From the NCBI GenBank assembly GCA_964453035.1, contig CAYVOX010000001.1, positions 1,849-65,848 on the forward strand: 64,000 nucleotides of DNA. The letters are read 5' to 3'. The notes beneath the pieces were generated by a model. That model saw only the letters and a list, made by a program, of their open reading frames with translations, made no database searches and was not told the DNA's origin. Shown here piece after piece: positions 1 to 9,005 of the stretch. Position 1 is the first letter of the stretch, and each line of letters begins with the position of its first letter. Position numbers and translations under genes: made by a program. The stretch comes from an uncultured Anaerolineaceae bacterium (GTDB lineage: Bacteria > Chloroflexota > Anaerolineae > Anaerolineales > Anaerolineaceae).

Positions 1-327
1 AAGATCACTACCGTCGCTGTTGGCGTCACAGCTTCCTTTGGCACCGTCCTGCTTTCAGCCGGAACCAAGGGCCAGCGCTTTGCCCTGCCGCATGCCACCA
101 TCCACATGCACCAGCCGCTCGGCGGCGCCCAGGGTCAGGCCACGGATATCGAAATCCAGGCGCGCGAGATTTTGCGCCTCAAATCCCGTCTCAACGGCAT
201 TCTTGCCAGCCACACCGGCAAAACCCTCGAGGAAATTGAAAAGGTCACCGAGCGCGATTTATATCTCTCCGCCGAGCAAGCCGTTGAATACGGCCTGGTG
301 GATGAAGTGCTGAAATCCAGCAAATAG
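1..327 (+). CDS. clpP: ATP-dependent Clp protease proteolytic subunit, C-terminal part (5' end outside window)
   Basis: Frame 1 is open from base 1 to TAG 325-327. The translation [58 protein letters not shown]... is the conserved ClpP core, including the catalytic-His region (IHMHQP) and GQAxD. Confidence 0.9.
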   Translation, partial: KITTVAVGVTASFGTVLLSAGTKGQRFALPHATIHMHQPLGGAQGQATDIEIQAREILRLKSRLNGILASHTGKTLEEIEKVTERDLYLSAEQAVEYGLVDEVLKSSK

Positions 328-352
328 TGCCATATTAAAATACCTGATTCAG

Positions 353-401
353 ATGGGCGGGTCTTTCTGAAGCGTTTTTTCAGCCAGGCCCGCCATTTTT
401 T
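353..401 (+). terminator. Putative intrinsic terminator after clpP
   Basis: Imperfect GC stem ATGGGCGGG (353-361) / CCCGCCAT (389-396) runs into a T tract at 396-401. The loop is long and holds a smaller CTGAA/TTCAG hairpin (367-383). Confidence 0.45.
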
Positions 402-1211
402 ATGAAAGCTTTCTCTATGAGCCTGATTCCTCCCGGCATCAAAGCCCTCATCCTCGATATGGACGGCGTCCTCTGGCATGACACCCAACCCATCGTGGAT
501 ATCCCCGCCGTTTTTAGGCGCATCAACGATCTCGGCCTCAAGGTTGTCCTTGCTACCAACAACGCCACCCGCTCGGTACCCATGTTCCAGCAGAAATTGC
601 TCCAAATGGGTGCTCGAATTGAACCCTGGCAAATCGTCACCTCACCCCAGGCAGCCGTGCATCTCCTCAGCCAGCGCTTTGTGCAGGGCAGCCGCGTTTA
701 TGTTGTCGGTGAGCAAGGTCTCATTGATTCGTTGGCTGAAGGTGGTTTCATCCACGCCGAAAACGATGTTCGCGCGGTCGTCGTCGGCCTCGATCGCACG
801 CTCACCTACGAAAAGCTCCGAACCGCCGCCATCTTCATCAACCAGGGAGCCCTCTTCATGGGCACTAACACCGATGCCACCCTGCCTACCGCCCAGGGTC
901 TCATCCCCGGCGCGGGCGCTGTCATCGCCGCCCTCCAAACCGCGGTTGGCTTCCCACCTGTCATCGCAGGCAAGCCTAACCCCACCATGTACCAGATGGC
1001 CTTTGAGCGCCTCAACATCACCCCTGAACAGGCCCTGGCTGTTGGAGACCGCATCGAAACCGATATTGTCGGCGGCATCCATGCCGGCTGTAAAACCGCA
1101 CTGGTCCTCTCCGGTATTGCCTCCTGGGAGGATGCTGAACGTTCATCGTTTAAAGCTGATATCATCGCCCCCGACCTCGCCAGCCTGGTTGGCCTTGAAG
1201 CCTCAGTGTAG
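402..1211 (+). CDS. HAD-superfamily hydrolase, subfamily IIA (NagD / sugar-phosphatase-like)
   Basis: 269-aa ORF with the DMDGVLW nucleophile motif, a cap region and a C-terminal GDRIETDI motif. The start could be ATG 402 or ATG 417; neither has a clear SD. Confidence 0.8.
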   Translation: MKAFSMSLIPPGIKALILDMDGVLWHDTQPIVDIPAVFRRINDLGLKVVLATNNATRSVPMFQQKLLQMGARIEPWQIVTSPQAAVHLLSQRFVQGSRVYVVGEQGLIDSLAEGGFIHAENDVRAVVVGLDRTLTYEKLRTAAIFINQGALFMGTNTDATLPTAQGLIPGAGAVIAALQTAVGFPPVIAGKPNPTMYQMAFERLNITPEQALAVGDRIETDIVGGIHAGCKTALVLSGIASWEDAERSSFKADIIAPDLASLVGLEASV

Positions 1212-1226
1212 GCTTATAATATCCCT

Positions 1227-2264
1227 ATGCCCGCTCTCATCTACGACCTCACCTTCAACGACCTCACCACTCTCCTCCTCAACTGGGGAGAGCCAGCCTA
1301 CCGGGCTCAGCAAATCTGGCAGGGGATCTACCGCCAGTTCTGGTCCTCCCCGGCTGAGTTCAGCGCCCTTCCCCGCCCATTGCGTGAAAAACTGAGTCAG
1401 AACCTCACATTTTCAACCCTCACGCTCGGCCAGGTGCTCAAATCCACTGATGGAGAAACCGTTAAAACCCTCTTCCATCTGCCGGATGGTAAATCCATCG
1501 AGGCTGTTCTCATGACCTACGATGAGCGACGCACGCTATGTATTTCAACCCAGGCAGGCTGCGCCATGGGGTGCGTCTTCTGCGCCACGGGGCAAATGGG
1601 CTTCAAGCGCCACCTCACCAGTGGAGAAATCGTCGAGCAGGTGCTATATTACGCCCGTTACCTCAGATCTCAGAACGAGCGTGTCACAAACATTGTCTTC
1701 ATGGGCATGGGAGAACCCTTCCACAACTACACCAACACCCTTGCCGCCATTGACCGCCTCAATGACCCGCAGGGTCTCAACCTGGGAGAGCGGCGATTCA
1801 CCATCTCCACCGTTGGTCTCGTCCCCATGATCCGCCAGTTCGCCGCAGAAAAACGCCAGGTCAACCTGGCCGTCAGCCTGCACGCCGCCAATGACGAAAC
1901 CCGTTCCTCCATGTTGCCCGTCAACCGCAAGTACCCCCTCAAGGAGCTGCTCGCTGCCTGCCGAGAATATGTGGACGCCACTCACCGCCGCATCACCTTT
2001 GAGTGGGCGCTCATCCAGGACGTCAATGACTACCCCATTCACGCTCAGGAGCTCGGAAAGCTACTCAAAGGCTTGCTCTGCCACGTCAACGTCATCCCCC
2101 TCAACCCCACTAGGAAATATGCCGGCCAGGCTGCCACCCGCCAGCGCGCTGAAGCCTTTAAAGCCGAGTTGGATAAAATTGGCATCCCATGCACCATTCG
2201 TATGCGCCGCGGCATCGATATCCAGGCCGGATGCGGCCAGTTAGCCACCGATTCCGCTTCATGA
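1227..2264 (+). CDS. rlmN: 23S rRNA/tRNA adenine-C2 methyltransferase, radical SAM
   Basis: 345 aa. N-terminal YRAQQIWQGIY, radical-SAM motif CAMGCVFCATG, C-terminal GCGQL. Full-length RlmN architecture. Confidence 0.9.
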   Translation: MPALIYDLTFNDLTTLLLNWGEPAYRAQQIWQGIYRQFWSSPAEFSALPRPLREKLSQNLTFSTLTLGQVLKSTDGETVKTLFHLPDGKSIEAVLMTYDERRTLCISTQAGCAMGCVFCATGQMGFKRHLTSGEIVEQVLYYARYLRSQNERVTNIVFMGMGEPFHNYTNTLAAIDRLNDPQGLNLGERRFTISTVGLVPMIRQFAAEKRQVNLAVSLHAANDETRSSMLPVNRKYPLKELLAACREYVDATHRRITFEWALIQDVNDYPIHAQELGKLLKGLLCHVNVIPLNPTRKYAGQAATRQRAEAFKAELDKIGIPCTIRMRRGIDIQAGCGQLATDSAS

Positions 2265-2279
2265 TATAATTCCCGCGCT

Positions 2280-3197
2280 ATGGCAGATTTCTTCAATAAA
2301 TGGATGGGCGGTCTCGCTAAAACCCGAAAAGTTGCTTTCGGGCGGCTTGCCACCCTGTTTGGCGCCACCGAAATCACTTCTCAAACCTGGGACGAGCTTG
2401 AAGCCATTCTCCTTCAGGCTGATTTTGGCATCGAGACCACCGAATCCGTCATCCAATCCCTCAAGGATAACGTCAAAGAGCTCGGCATCACTTCCTCCGC
2501 TGACCTGCAAAACGCCCTCCAGGCTGAACTCATCCTGCGCCTTGATTCCGCCCCGGTCGTCCAGTTCAAAAACCACCCCGCTGTTGTACTCCTCGTCGGC
2601 GTCAATGGCTCCGGTAAAACTACTTCCGCTGCCAAGCTCGGCAAGCAATTCACCGACCGCGGCCAAAAAGTGCTCCTTGCCGCCGCTGATACTTTCCGCG
2701 CCGCCGCCGTGGACCAGTTGCAGGTTTGGGGCGAGCGCCTCAACCTGCCGGTCATCGCTGGCGCTCCCAATGCCGATCCCGGCGCCGTGGCTTACGACGC
2801 CGTCCAGGCTGGCATTGCCCGCCACATGGACCTGGTACTCATAGATACGGCCGGCCGCCTGCACACCCGCTTCAACCTCATGGAAGAGTTGAAAAAGGTT
2901 CATCGCGTGGTCGGCAAAGCCCTTCCCGGAGCCCCTCATGCCGTCTGGCTGGTGCTTGATGCCACCACCGGTCAAAACGCGCTGCACCAGGCACGCGCCT
3001 TTAAAGAGGCTGTTAATGTTTCCGGCATCATCCTCGCCAAGCTCGATTCCTCAGCCCGCGGTGGAATGGCTTTTGCCATCCAGCGCGAGCTAGGTCTGCC
3101 CATTCTCTACGTCGGTCTCGGTGAAAAACCCGAAGATCTCACCCGCTTTGACCGCGAAGCCTTTGTGGAAGGCCTGATAACCAAGAACCAGGCCTGA
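2280..3197 (+). CDS. ftsY: Signal recognition particle receptor FtsY (short form, NG domain only)
   Basis: 305 aa. SRP-GTPase motifs [14 protein letters not shown] and AKLD, plus the N-domain helical bundle. Confidence 0.9.
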   Translation: MADFFNKWMGGLAKTRKVAFGRLATLFGATEITSQTWDELEAILLQADFGIETTESVIQSLKDNVKELGITSSADLQNALQAELILRLDSAPVVQFKNHPAVVLLVGVNGSGKTTSAAKLGKQFTDRGQKVLLAAADTFRAAAVDQLQVWGERLNLPVIAGAPNADPGAVAYDAVQAGIARHMDLVLIDTAGRLHTRFNLMEELKKVHRVVGKALPGAPHAVWLVLDATTGQNALHQARAFKEAVNVSGIILAKLDSSARGGMAFAIQRELGLPILYVGLGEKPEDLTRFDREAFVEGLITKNQA

Positions 3198-3223
3198 TTC
3201 AACCAAACCTTACAGGAGCAACT

Positions 3224-4310
3224 ATGCAAGACCTCATTGAACGACTGGCACGCTGCAGCCAGCTAACCCGCGATTTACTGGTGCATCTTTGACTTACCAG
3301 CCCGCGAAGCTGAATTAGCCGAAATCCAAAAACAGTCCGAACAACCCAATCTCTGGGAGGATACAGCCACAGCCCAGAAGCTGATGAAAAAACTGTCAGA
3401 CCTTCGCGATGAAGTCGAAGGCTGGCATACCCTCGAAAAGCGCATCCAGGATAACCTTGAGCTTGCCCAGCTTGAGGATGAGAGCCTGCGCCCCGACCTG
3501 GAAGCTGAAACGATCGCCCTCGAAGCCGAAATTTCCAGGCGCGAATTGACCGTTCTACTCTCCGGTCCGTATGATCGAGGCAACGCCATCCTCACCCTCA
3601 ATTCAGGCGCAGGTGGCACCGAAGCTCAGGATTGGGCCGGCATGCTCGAGCGCATGTACCTGCGCTGGGCAGAGCGGCGCGGTTTCCAGACCGAGATTCT
3701 CGACTTCAGCGAAGGCGAAGAAGCCGGTATCAAAAGCGTCACCATTGCCGTCAACGGGCGCTATGCTTATGGTTACCTGCGCGCTGAAAAAGGCACTCAC
3801 CGTCTCGTCCGGCTTTCCCCCTTCGATTCGGCCCACCGCCGCCATACTTCCTTCGCCCAGGCGGAAGTTCTCCCGGATGTCAGCGGAGAAGACCACGCTG
3901 TTGAAATAAAGCCCGATGACGTGCGCATTGATATTTTCCGCTCGTCAGGGGCAGGCGGTCAAAACGTGCAAAAAAATGCCACCGCGGTTCGCCTGCTGCA
4001 TCTTCCCACCGGCATTATCGTCACCTGCCAGAACGAACGCTCTCAGATCCAGAACCGCGAAAATGCCATGCGCGTTCTGCGCGCTCGCCTGCTTGAGATT
4101 CAACGCGAGGAACAAGAAAAACAGCTTGCCGCATTACGTGGTGATTACATCAAAGCCGAATGGGGTAGTCAGATTCGCTCCTATGTGCTGCATCCCTACC
4201 AGATGGTCAAAGATCACCGCACCGATTACGAAACCGGCAACACCGCTGCCGTTCTGGATGGCGACATCGACGCCTTCATGGAAGCCTTCCTCAGGTATAA
4301 ACCCGAGTAA
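3224..4310 (+). CDS. prfB: Peptide chain release factor 2, requires programmed +1 frameshift (3224..3289 joined to 3291..4310)
   Basis: ORF0 is ATG 3224 ... CTT (3287-89) TGA (3290-92). The +1 frame from GAC 3291 reads DLPAREAELAEIQKQSEQPNLWED... and runs without a stop into the 3384..4310 ORF. That ORF carries the SPF (RLSPFD) and GGQ (SGAGGQNVQK) motifs. Confidence 0.9.
3281..3293 (+). promoter_or_regulatory. RF2 autoregulatory +1 frameshift site (CTT TGA C) with weak upstream SD-like GGTG
   Basis: Sequence gtg cat CTT TGA C. The slippery Leu codon, UGA and following C are identical to the canonical prfB site. GGTG lies 3 nt upstream of CTT. Confidence 0.85.
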
Positions 4311-4324
4311 TTTGCCCGAAAAAG

Positions 4325-4349
4325 ATGGGGCACGACACCCGTGCCCCAT
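4325..4349. terminator. Bidirectional stem-loop between convergent prfB and pfkA
   Basis: Perfect 10-bp stem ATGGGGCACG / CGTGCCCCAT with loop ACACC. It is flanked by an A-run on the left, which gives a T-run on the minus strand. Confidence 0.6.
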
Positions 4350-4402
4350 TCTATGCGCTTAATATCAGGAAGTAGACTCTATCCAAACGTTCTCAATCCC
4401 TG

Positions 4403-5371
4403 TTAGTTGAGCGAGCCCATCATCTTCAGCAGTTCAACATCCACCGTCTTCTTGTTCGCCACCACCACCTCCAGCGGCGTTGTCTTAATCTCACCCTTTA
4501 TCTGCCCTACCAATACCCCTAATTCCCCCCTCACCAGGCATTCAACGGCAGCCGCCCCCAGGCGCGTCGCCAGGATGCGGTCGAAAGCTCCAGGGTCGCC
4601 ACCACGCTGCACATGCCCCAGGATGGTGTAACGCAAACCGAAGCCCAGCCGTTCGCGGTGTTCCTTAAAATATTCTGCCAGTTTCAAAGTGTTGTACTTC
4701 GCGCCTTCAGCCACCACCACAATCCCATGCGCTTTGCCAGTTTCATAAGCTTTAGTGAGGATGGCCTCAATATCTGCCGGGGTTGTATCCACCTCAGGGA
4801 TCACCACCGCCTCCGCACCGCCAGCGATAGCCGACATCAGCGCCAGGTAACCGCATCCGCGCCCCATCACTTCGATAAGAAAAGCCCTCTGGTGCGATGA
4901 CGCGGTGATTTTCAACCGGTCAATAGCCTCCAGCGCAATGTTCAGCGCCGTGTCTACCCCAATGGTCATATCCGACCCGTACAGGTCGTTGTCAATCGTC
5001 GAAGCCACACCCACAACCGGAAAGCCCAGCTTATGGATCGCATACGCCCCCGTCTGAGACCCGTTCCCCCCGATGACGACCAACCCAGTGACGTCATTTT
5101 CCCGCAACGCGCGTAACGCTTTACGTTGCCCCGCTTCCGTCATAAATTCAGCCGATCGGGCGCTTCCCAGGATGGTTCCCCCTCGCTGCATGATTCCCCC
5201 CACGTCGCGGTGTCCCAGAGGCATCACTTTTCCGTTGATCAAACCTTCATAACCCAGTTTTACCCCCAGCACCTCAATGCCTTTGCTCAGGGCAGTCCGC
5301 GTTACAGCCCTGATCGCCGCGTTCATTCCGGGTGCATCTCCGCCGCTGGTCAACACCGCAATCTTTTTCAT
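4403..5371 (-). CDS. pfkA: ATP-dependent 6-phosphofructokinase
   Basis: 322 aa. MKKIAVLTSGGDAPGMNAAIRAV, TIDND and GHVQRGG motifs. SD GGAGG lies upstream of the ATG. Confidence 0.9.
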   Translation of the reverse strand: MKKIAVLTSGGDAPGMNAAIRAVTRTALSKGIEVLGVKLGYEGLINGKVMPLGHRDVGGIMQRGGTILGSARSAEFMTEAGQRKALRALRENDVTGLVVIGGNGSQTGAYAIHKLGFPVVGVASTIDNDLYGSDMTIGVDTALNIALEAIDRLKITASSHQRAFLIEVMGRGCGYLALMSAIAGGAEAVVIPEVDTTPADIEAILTKAYETGKAHGIVVVAEGAKYNTLKLAEYFKEHRERLGFGLRYTILGHVQRGGDPGAFDRILATRLGAAAVECLVRGELGVLVGQIKGEIKTTPLEVVVANKKTVDVELLKMMGSLN

Positions 5372-5553
5372 TTTTCTGCCTCCTCTAGAATATCCAAGAA
5401 TCTCATTATTAAAATTCTATCATAGGATATCAACTGCATGATGATAATCCTTCAAAAAAATCAAGTCAAACTTATGACACTCAGAAGTAATTTATAGGAA
5501 TACTGACAGTATCACCGAAACGCTCCTTCTGATACAATTCTAAAGGTTGCTCT

Positions 5554-7686
5554 GTGGCTCCGGAGCAATCAATCTACTGTTTAGAATGGATATCAATGAC
5601 CGGTTCACGGATCAGTCAGCATCCAATTTTATCCATCCCTCAACGCGGGGATATTGAATTTTTCTGGCAAGGGCAGAAGTTGGTGGCGAAGCAAGACGAA
5701 ACCATCGCTTCTGCTCTTATTGCACAGGGAGTGACCATTTTTGGCCACCATGCCCGCGACGGCGCCCCTCAAAGCCTGTTTTGCGCCAACGGGCAGTGCT
5801 CACAGTGCATGGTGCTCGCCAATGGCATGCCGGTAAAATCCTGTATTGAGTTGGTTACGCCAGATATGCGGGTAGAGCCCCTTGAGGGATTGCCGTCCCT
5901 GCCCACCGTCACCGCTCCCCCCGTCACCCAACCCTTGCCGGATGTTCACATTCCCGTCCTCATCATCGGCGGCGGTCCTGCGGGTCTCTCTGCCGCCATT
6001 GAGCTGGGCAAGCGCGGCGTTCATGTCATTCTCGTTGATGATAAACATCGTCTCGGCGGCAAATTGGTTCTTCAGACCCACCGCTTTTTCGGCTCCTCCA
6101 GCGCTGTGTTCGCTGGCACACGCGGCATTGATATCGCCACCCGCCTGGAAAGCGACCTGCGTGCTTATCCCACCATCGAAATCTGGATCCAATCCACCGC
6201 CCTGGCTGTCTTCAGCGATAAAAAGGTCGGTATTCTGCGTGACGGAAAAGATTACATCAACGTCATCCCTCAGGTTCTACTGGTTGCCACCGGCGCCCGC
6301 GAAAAGTTTCTCGCCTTTAAAGGCAACACCCTGCCCGGCGTTTTTGGCGCTGGCGCCTTTCAAACCCTTGTCAATCGCGACCTGGTTCGCCCATCTGAGA
6401 AGCTCTTCATCATCGGTGGCGGTAATGTTGGCCTTATTGCGGGCTACCACGCCCTCCAGGCGGGCATTGGCGTAGTCGGCCTGGCTGAAGCTCTCCCCGA
6501 AGTGGGCGGCTACAAAGTGCACAAAGATAAGCTGGTGCGCATGGGCGTCCCCATCTACACTTCCCACACCATCCTCAGCGCCAACGGCACCGACCGCGTC
6601 GAATCGGTCACCATTGCCCGGGTCGATTCCCAGTTCCATGCCATTCCCGGCACTGAACGTTCCTACGAGTGCGATTCTATCCTTATCGCCGTCGGGCTCG
6701 ATCCCGTCAACGAGTTTTACCTCAAAGCCCTCGAATTTGACGTCCCCGTTTTTGCCGCTGGCGATGCCGAAGAAATTGCCGAAGCTTCCGCCGCCATGTT
6801 CTCCGGCAAGATTAAAGGCCTCGAGATCTGCAAAGCCCTCGGTCTTGACGTCGGTCAAATCCCCCGATCCTGGTATCGTACCGGCGAAATCCTCAAATCC
6901 AAACCCGGTCGTCAGTTTATTGAGGAAATCCCTGAAACCGGTACCGGTGTTGTCCCCATCCTGCACTGCACCCAGGAGATCCCTTGCGATCCCTGTTCCG
7001 CCCTGTGCGACCGCGGACTGATAGATATTGACCCTGCGGATATTCGCGCCATCCCTCGCTTCATTGGCAACAATTACTCTTGCGGCTATTGTCTGCGCTG
7101 CGTGGCGGGCTGTCCCGGTCTTGCCATCACGTTGGTTGATTACCGCGCCAATCCCGATTTACCTATCGTCTCCATCCCCTACGAATTTACCCGCGAGGTC
7201 ATCCAAAAGCAAGATATCATCACCGTTGAAGATACCGAGGGCATCGAGCTGGGCAAGCTGGAGGTGCTCGCCGTTGTCACCATCCCCACCTCCGACCGCA
7301 CCATGATCGTTCAGGTGCAGGCACCCCGCGAAATTGCCACCCGCATCGCTGGCATACGCATTCAGGAGCAGCTCATTACCCAGCCTCTTGAGCAATATAT
7401 TGAGCACATCCCCGATGACATCATCGTTTGCCGCTGCGAGCGCGTCACCGCCGGGGAAATTCGCACCCTCATTCGCCAGGGCTACCGCGATATGAACGAG
7501 CTCAAAATCGTCACCCGTGCCGGCATGGGCGCCTGCGGCGCAAAAACCTGCAATGCCCTCATCCACCGCCTCTTTCGGGAAGAAGGCGTCCCTTTCAACG
7601 AAATTGCTGAATACACCAAACGTCCAATCTTCGTGGAAGTGCCCCTCGGCACCTTCGCTGGCGAACAAAAGGACGGCCAATCATGA
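5554..7686 (+). CDS. Multi-domain FAD/NAD(P) oxidoreductase with fused Fe-S domains (OoxA / HcnA+HcnB / archaeal proline-dehydrogenase alpha-like)
   Basis: N-terminal 2Fe-2S-type cysteines (CANGQCSQCMV..C). Rossmann motifs IIGGGPAGL and IIGGGNVG. CxxCxxCxxxCP (CGYCLRCVAGCP). C-terminal BFD-like CRCERVT..CGAKTC. The start is uncertain: GTG 5554 or, more likely, ATG 5596. Confidence 0.75.
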   Translation: MAPEQSIYCLEWISMTGSRISQHPILSIPQRGDIEFFWQGQKLVAKQDETIASALIAQGVTIFGHHARDGAPQSLFCANGQCSQCMVLANGMPVKSCIELVTPDMRVEPLEGLPSLPTVTAPPVTQPLPDVHIPVLIIGGGPAGLSAAIELGKRGVHVILVDDKHRLGGKLVLQTHRFFGSSSAVFAGTRGIDIATRLESDLRAYPTIEIWIQSTALAVFSDKKVGILRDGKDYINVIPQVLLVATGAREKFLAFKGNTLPGVFGAGAFQTLVNRDLVRPSEKLFIIGGGNVGLIAGYHALQAGIGVVGLAEALPEVGGYKVHKDKLVRMGVPIYTSHTILSANGTDRVESVTIARVDSQFHAIPGTERSYECDSILIAVGLDPVNEFYLKALEFDVPVFAAGDAEEIAEASAAMFSGKIKGLEICKALGLDVGQIPRSWYRTGEILKSKPGRQFIEEIPETGTGVVPILHCTQEIPCDPCSALCDRGLIDIDPADIRAIPRFIGNNYSCGYCLRCVAGCPGLAITLVDYRANPDLPIVSIPYEFTREVIQKQDIITVEDTEGIELGKLEVLAVVTIPTSDRTMIVQVQAPREIATRIAGIRIQEQLITQPLEQYIEHIPDDIIVCRCERVTAGEIRTLIRQGYRDMNELKIVTRAGMGACGAKTCNALIHRLFREEGVPFNEIAEYTKRPIFVEVPLGTFAGEQKDGQS

Positions 7687-8843
7687 CCGCCATCCCCCAT
7701 TATGATGTGATTATCATCGGCGCCGGTTCCATCGGCACGCCCACTGCCTTCTACCTGGCCCAGGCTGGTTTTAAGGTTCTCGTCATTGATCGCGTCCCCA
7801 GCGTCGGGCAGGGCTCCAACAAAAAAGCCATCGGCGGCATCCGCGCCACCCATTCAGACCCGGCTAAAATTCGCATGTGCCTGCGCAGCATCGAGGTTTT
7901 CTCCACCTGGCAGCAAACCTACGGTGATAACATCGAGTGGTACCAGGGTGGTTACTGCTTTGTGGCCTATCGAGAGCGCGAGGAAAAAATCCTCAAGGAT
8001 TTGTTATCCAGGCAAAAATCCCTCGGCCTCAACATCGACTGGCTGGACCGCGCCACCCTCCTGGAGCGCATCCCCGACCTTAATCCCAACGACCTTATTG
8101 GTGGCACCTATTCCCCTGAAGACGGCAACGCGTCTCCGCAGCTGGCCAACCATGCCATCTACGATCACGCCGTTCGTCTTGGCGCAAGGTTCTGTTTTAA
8201 TGAAAGCATCACCGAAGTAATTCAACAGAGCGGCAAAGTGGTCGGCATCAAAACCGATAAGGGCCAGTACGGCGCGGATGTGGTTCTCAACGCAGCAGGC
8301 GCCTGGGCGCATGAAGTTGGTTTGTTAGCCGGTCTCGATCTCCCTGTCCAGCCCGATTCACACGAGGCTGCCATTACCGAACCCGTCCAGCGCTTTTTTG
8401 ACCCACTCATCGTCGATATCCGCCCGGTTACCGGTTCTTCCAATTTTTACTTCTACCAGCACTTCACCGGTCAAATCATCTTCTGCGTTACGCCCGAGCC
8501 GCCCATCTGGGGCTATGACGACCGCGAAACCAGCTCGTTCCTGCCGCTTGCCGCCAGTCGCATCGTGGAAGTGATGCCGCGCCTCAAAAACATCCGCGTC
8601 CGGCGCACCTGGCGCGGTCTTTACCCCATGACGCCCGACGGCAATCCCATCCTCGGCTGGGCTCCCAACCTGCAGGGTTATCTACTGGCAGTCGGCCTTT
8701 GCGGACAGGGCTTCATGCTCGGTCCCGGCATGGCAGAATTGCTCGTCCGGCTTCTGCAAAACAACCTCACCTCTTCCGACCAGGAGATTTTAGCCGCCCT
8801 TTCGCCCACCCGCTCTTTTGCCAATAAGGAAATGCTTAAGTAA
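7683..8843 (+). CDS. FAD-dependent oxidoreductase, DAO family (SoxB / OoxB / HcnC-like beta subunit)
   Basis: 386 aa. N-terminal VIIIGAGSIGTPTAFYLA dinucleotide fold. The start overlaps the upstream stop as ATGA, so the two genes are translationally coupled. Confidence 0.8.
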   Translation: MTAIPHYDVIIIGAGSIGTPTAFYLAQAGFKVLVIDRVPSVGQGSNKKAIGGIRATHSDPAKIRMCLRSIEVFSTWQQTYGDNIEWYQGGYCFVAYREREEKILKDLLSRQKSLGLNIDWLDRATLLERIPDLNPNDLIGGTYSPEDGNASPQLANHAIYDHAVRLGARFCFNESITEVIQQSGKVVGIKTDKGQYGADVVLNAAGAWAHEVGLLAGLDLPVQPDSHEAAITEPVQRFFDPLIVDIRPVTGSSNFYFYQHFTGQIIFCVTPEPPIWGYDDRETSSFLPLAASRIVEVMPRLKNIRVRRTWRGLYPMTPDGNPILGWAPNLQGYLLAVGLCGQGFMLGPGMAELLVRLLQNNLTSSDQEILAALSPTRSFANKEMLK

Positions 8844-9005
8844 GCCCTGTTTGACCTTTACCAGTCGCTGCCTGGCTGACTTACCCAATGCAACCTGATT
8901 GAATTAATCAGCTGTTTTGTGGCACAAAAACTTTTCCCGAATTAACACCCTTCTCCTCCTCCGACAGGAACCAGAAGGACGCCAAACCAATCTAAGGAGT
9001 TTAGA

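Noticed and set aside
478-1395. Many long alternative-frame or antisense ORFs, for example 478..1395, 2259..2987, 6277..6966, 19436..20044, 52425..53054 and 56513..57286.
   Set aside because: They are typical stop-codon-poor shadows of real genes in GC-rich DNA. Their translations are Ala/Gly/Arg/Pro-rich without motifs, and each fully overlaps a CDS with clear family signatures.
5380-5440. Short inverted segments (TAGAAT/ATTCTA and ATATCC/GGATAT) in the pfkA upstream region.
   Set aside because: They are only 6-bp arms with irregular spacing in AT-rich DNA, which is within chance expectation.
8920-8935. TGGCAC-N5 sequence upstream of the Ldh_2 gene, resembling the -24 element of a sigma-54 promoter.
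   Set aside because: The -12 element is CTTTT rather than TTGC(A/T). No enhancer-binding protein gene lies nearby.
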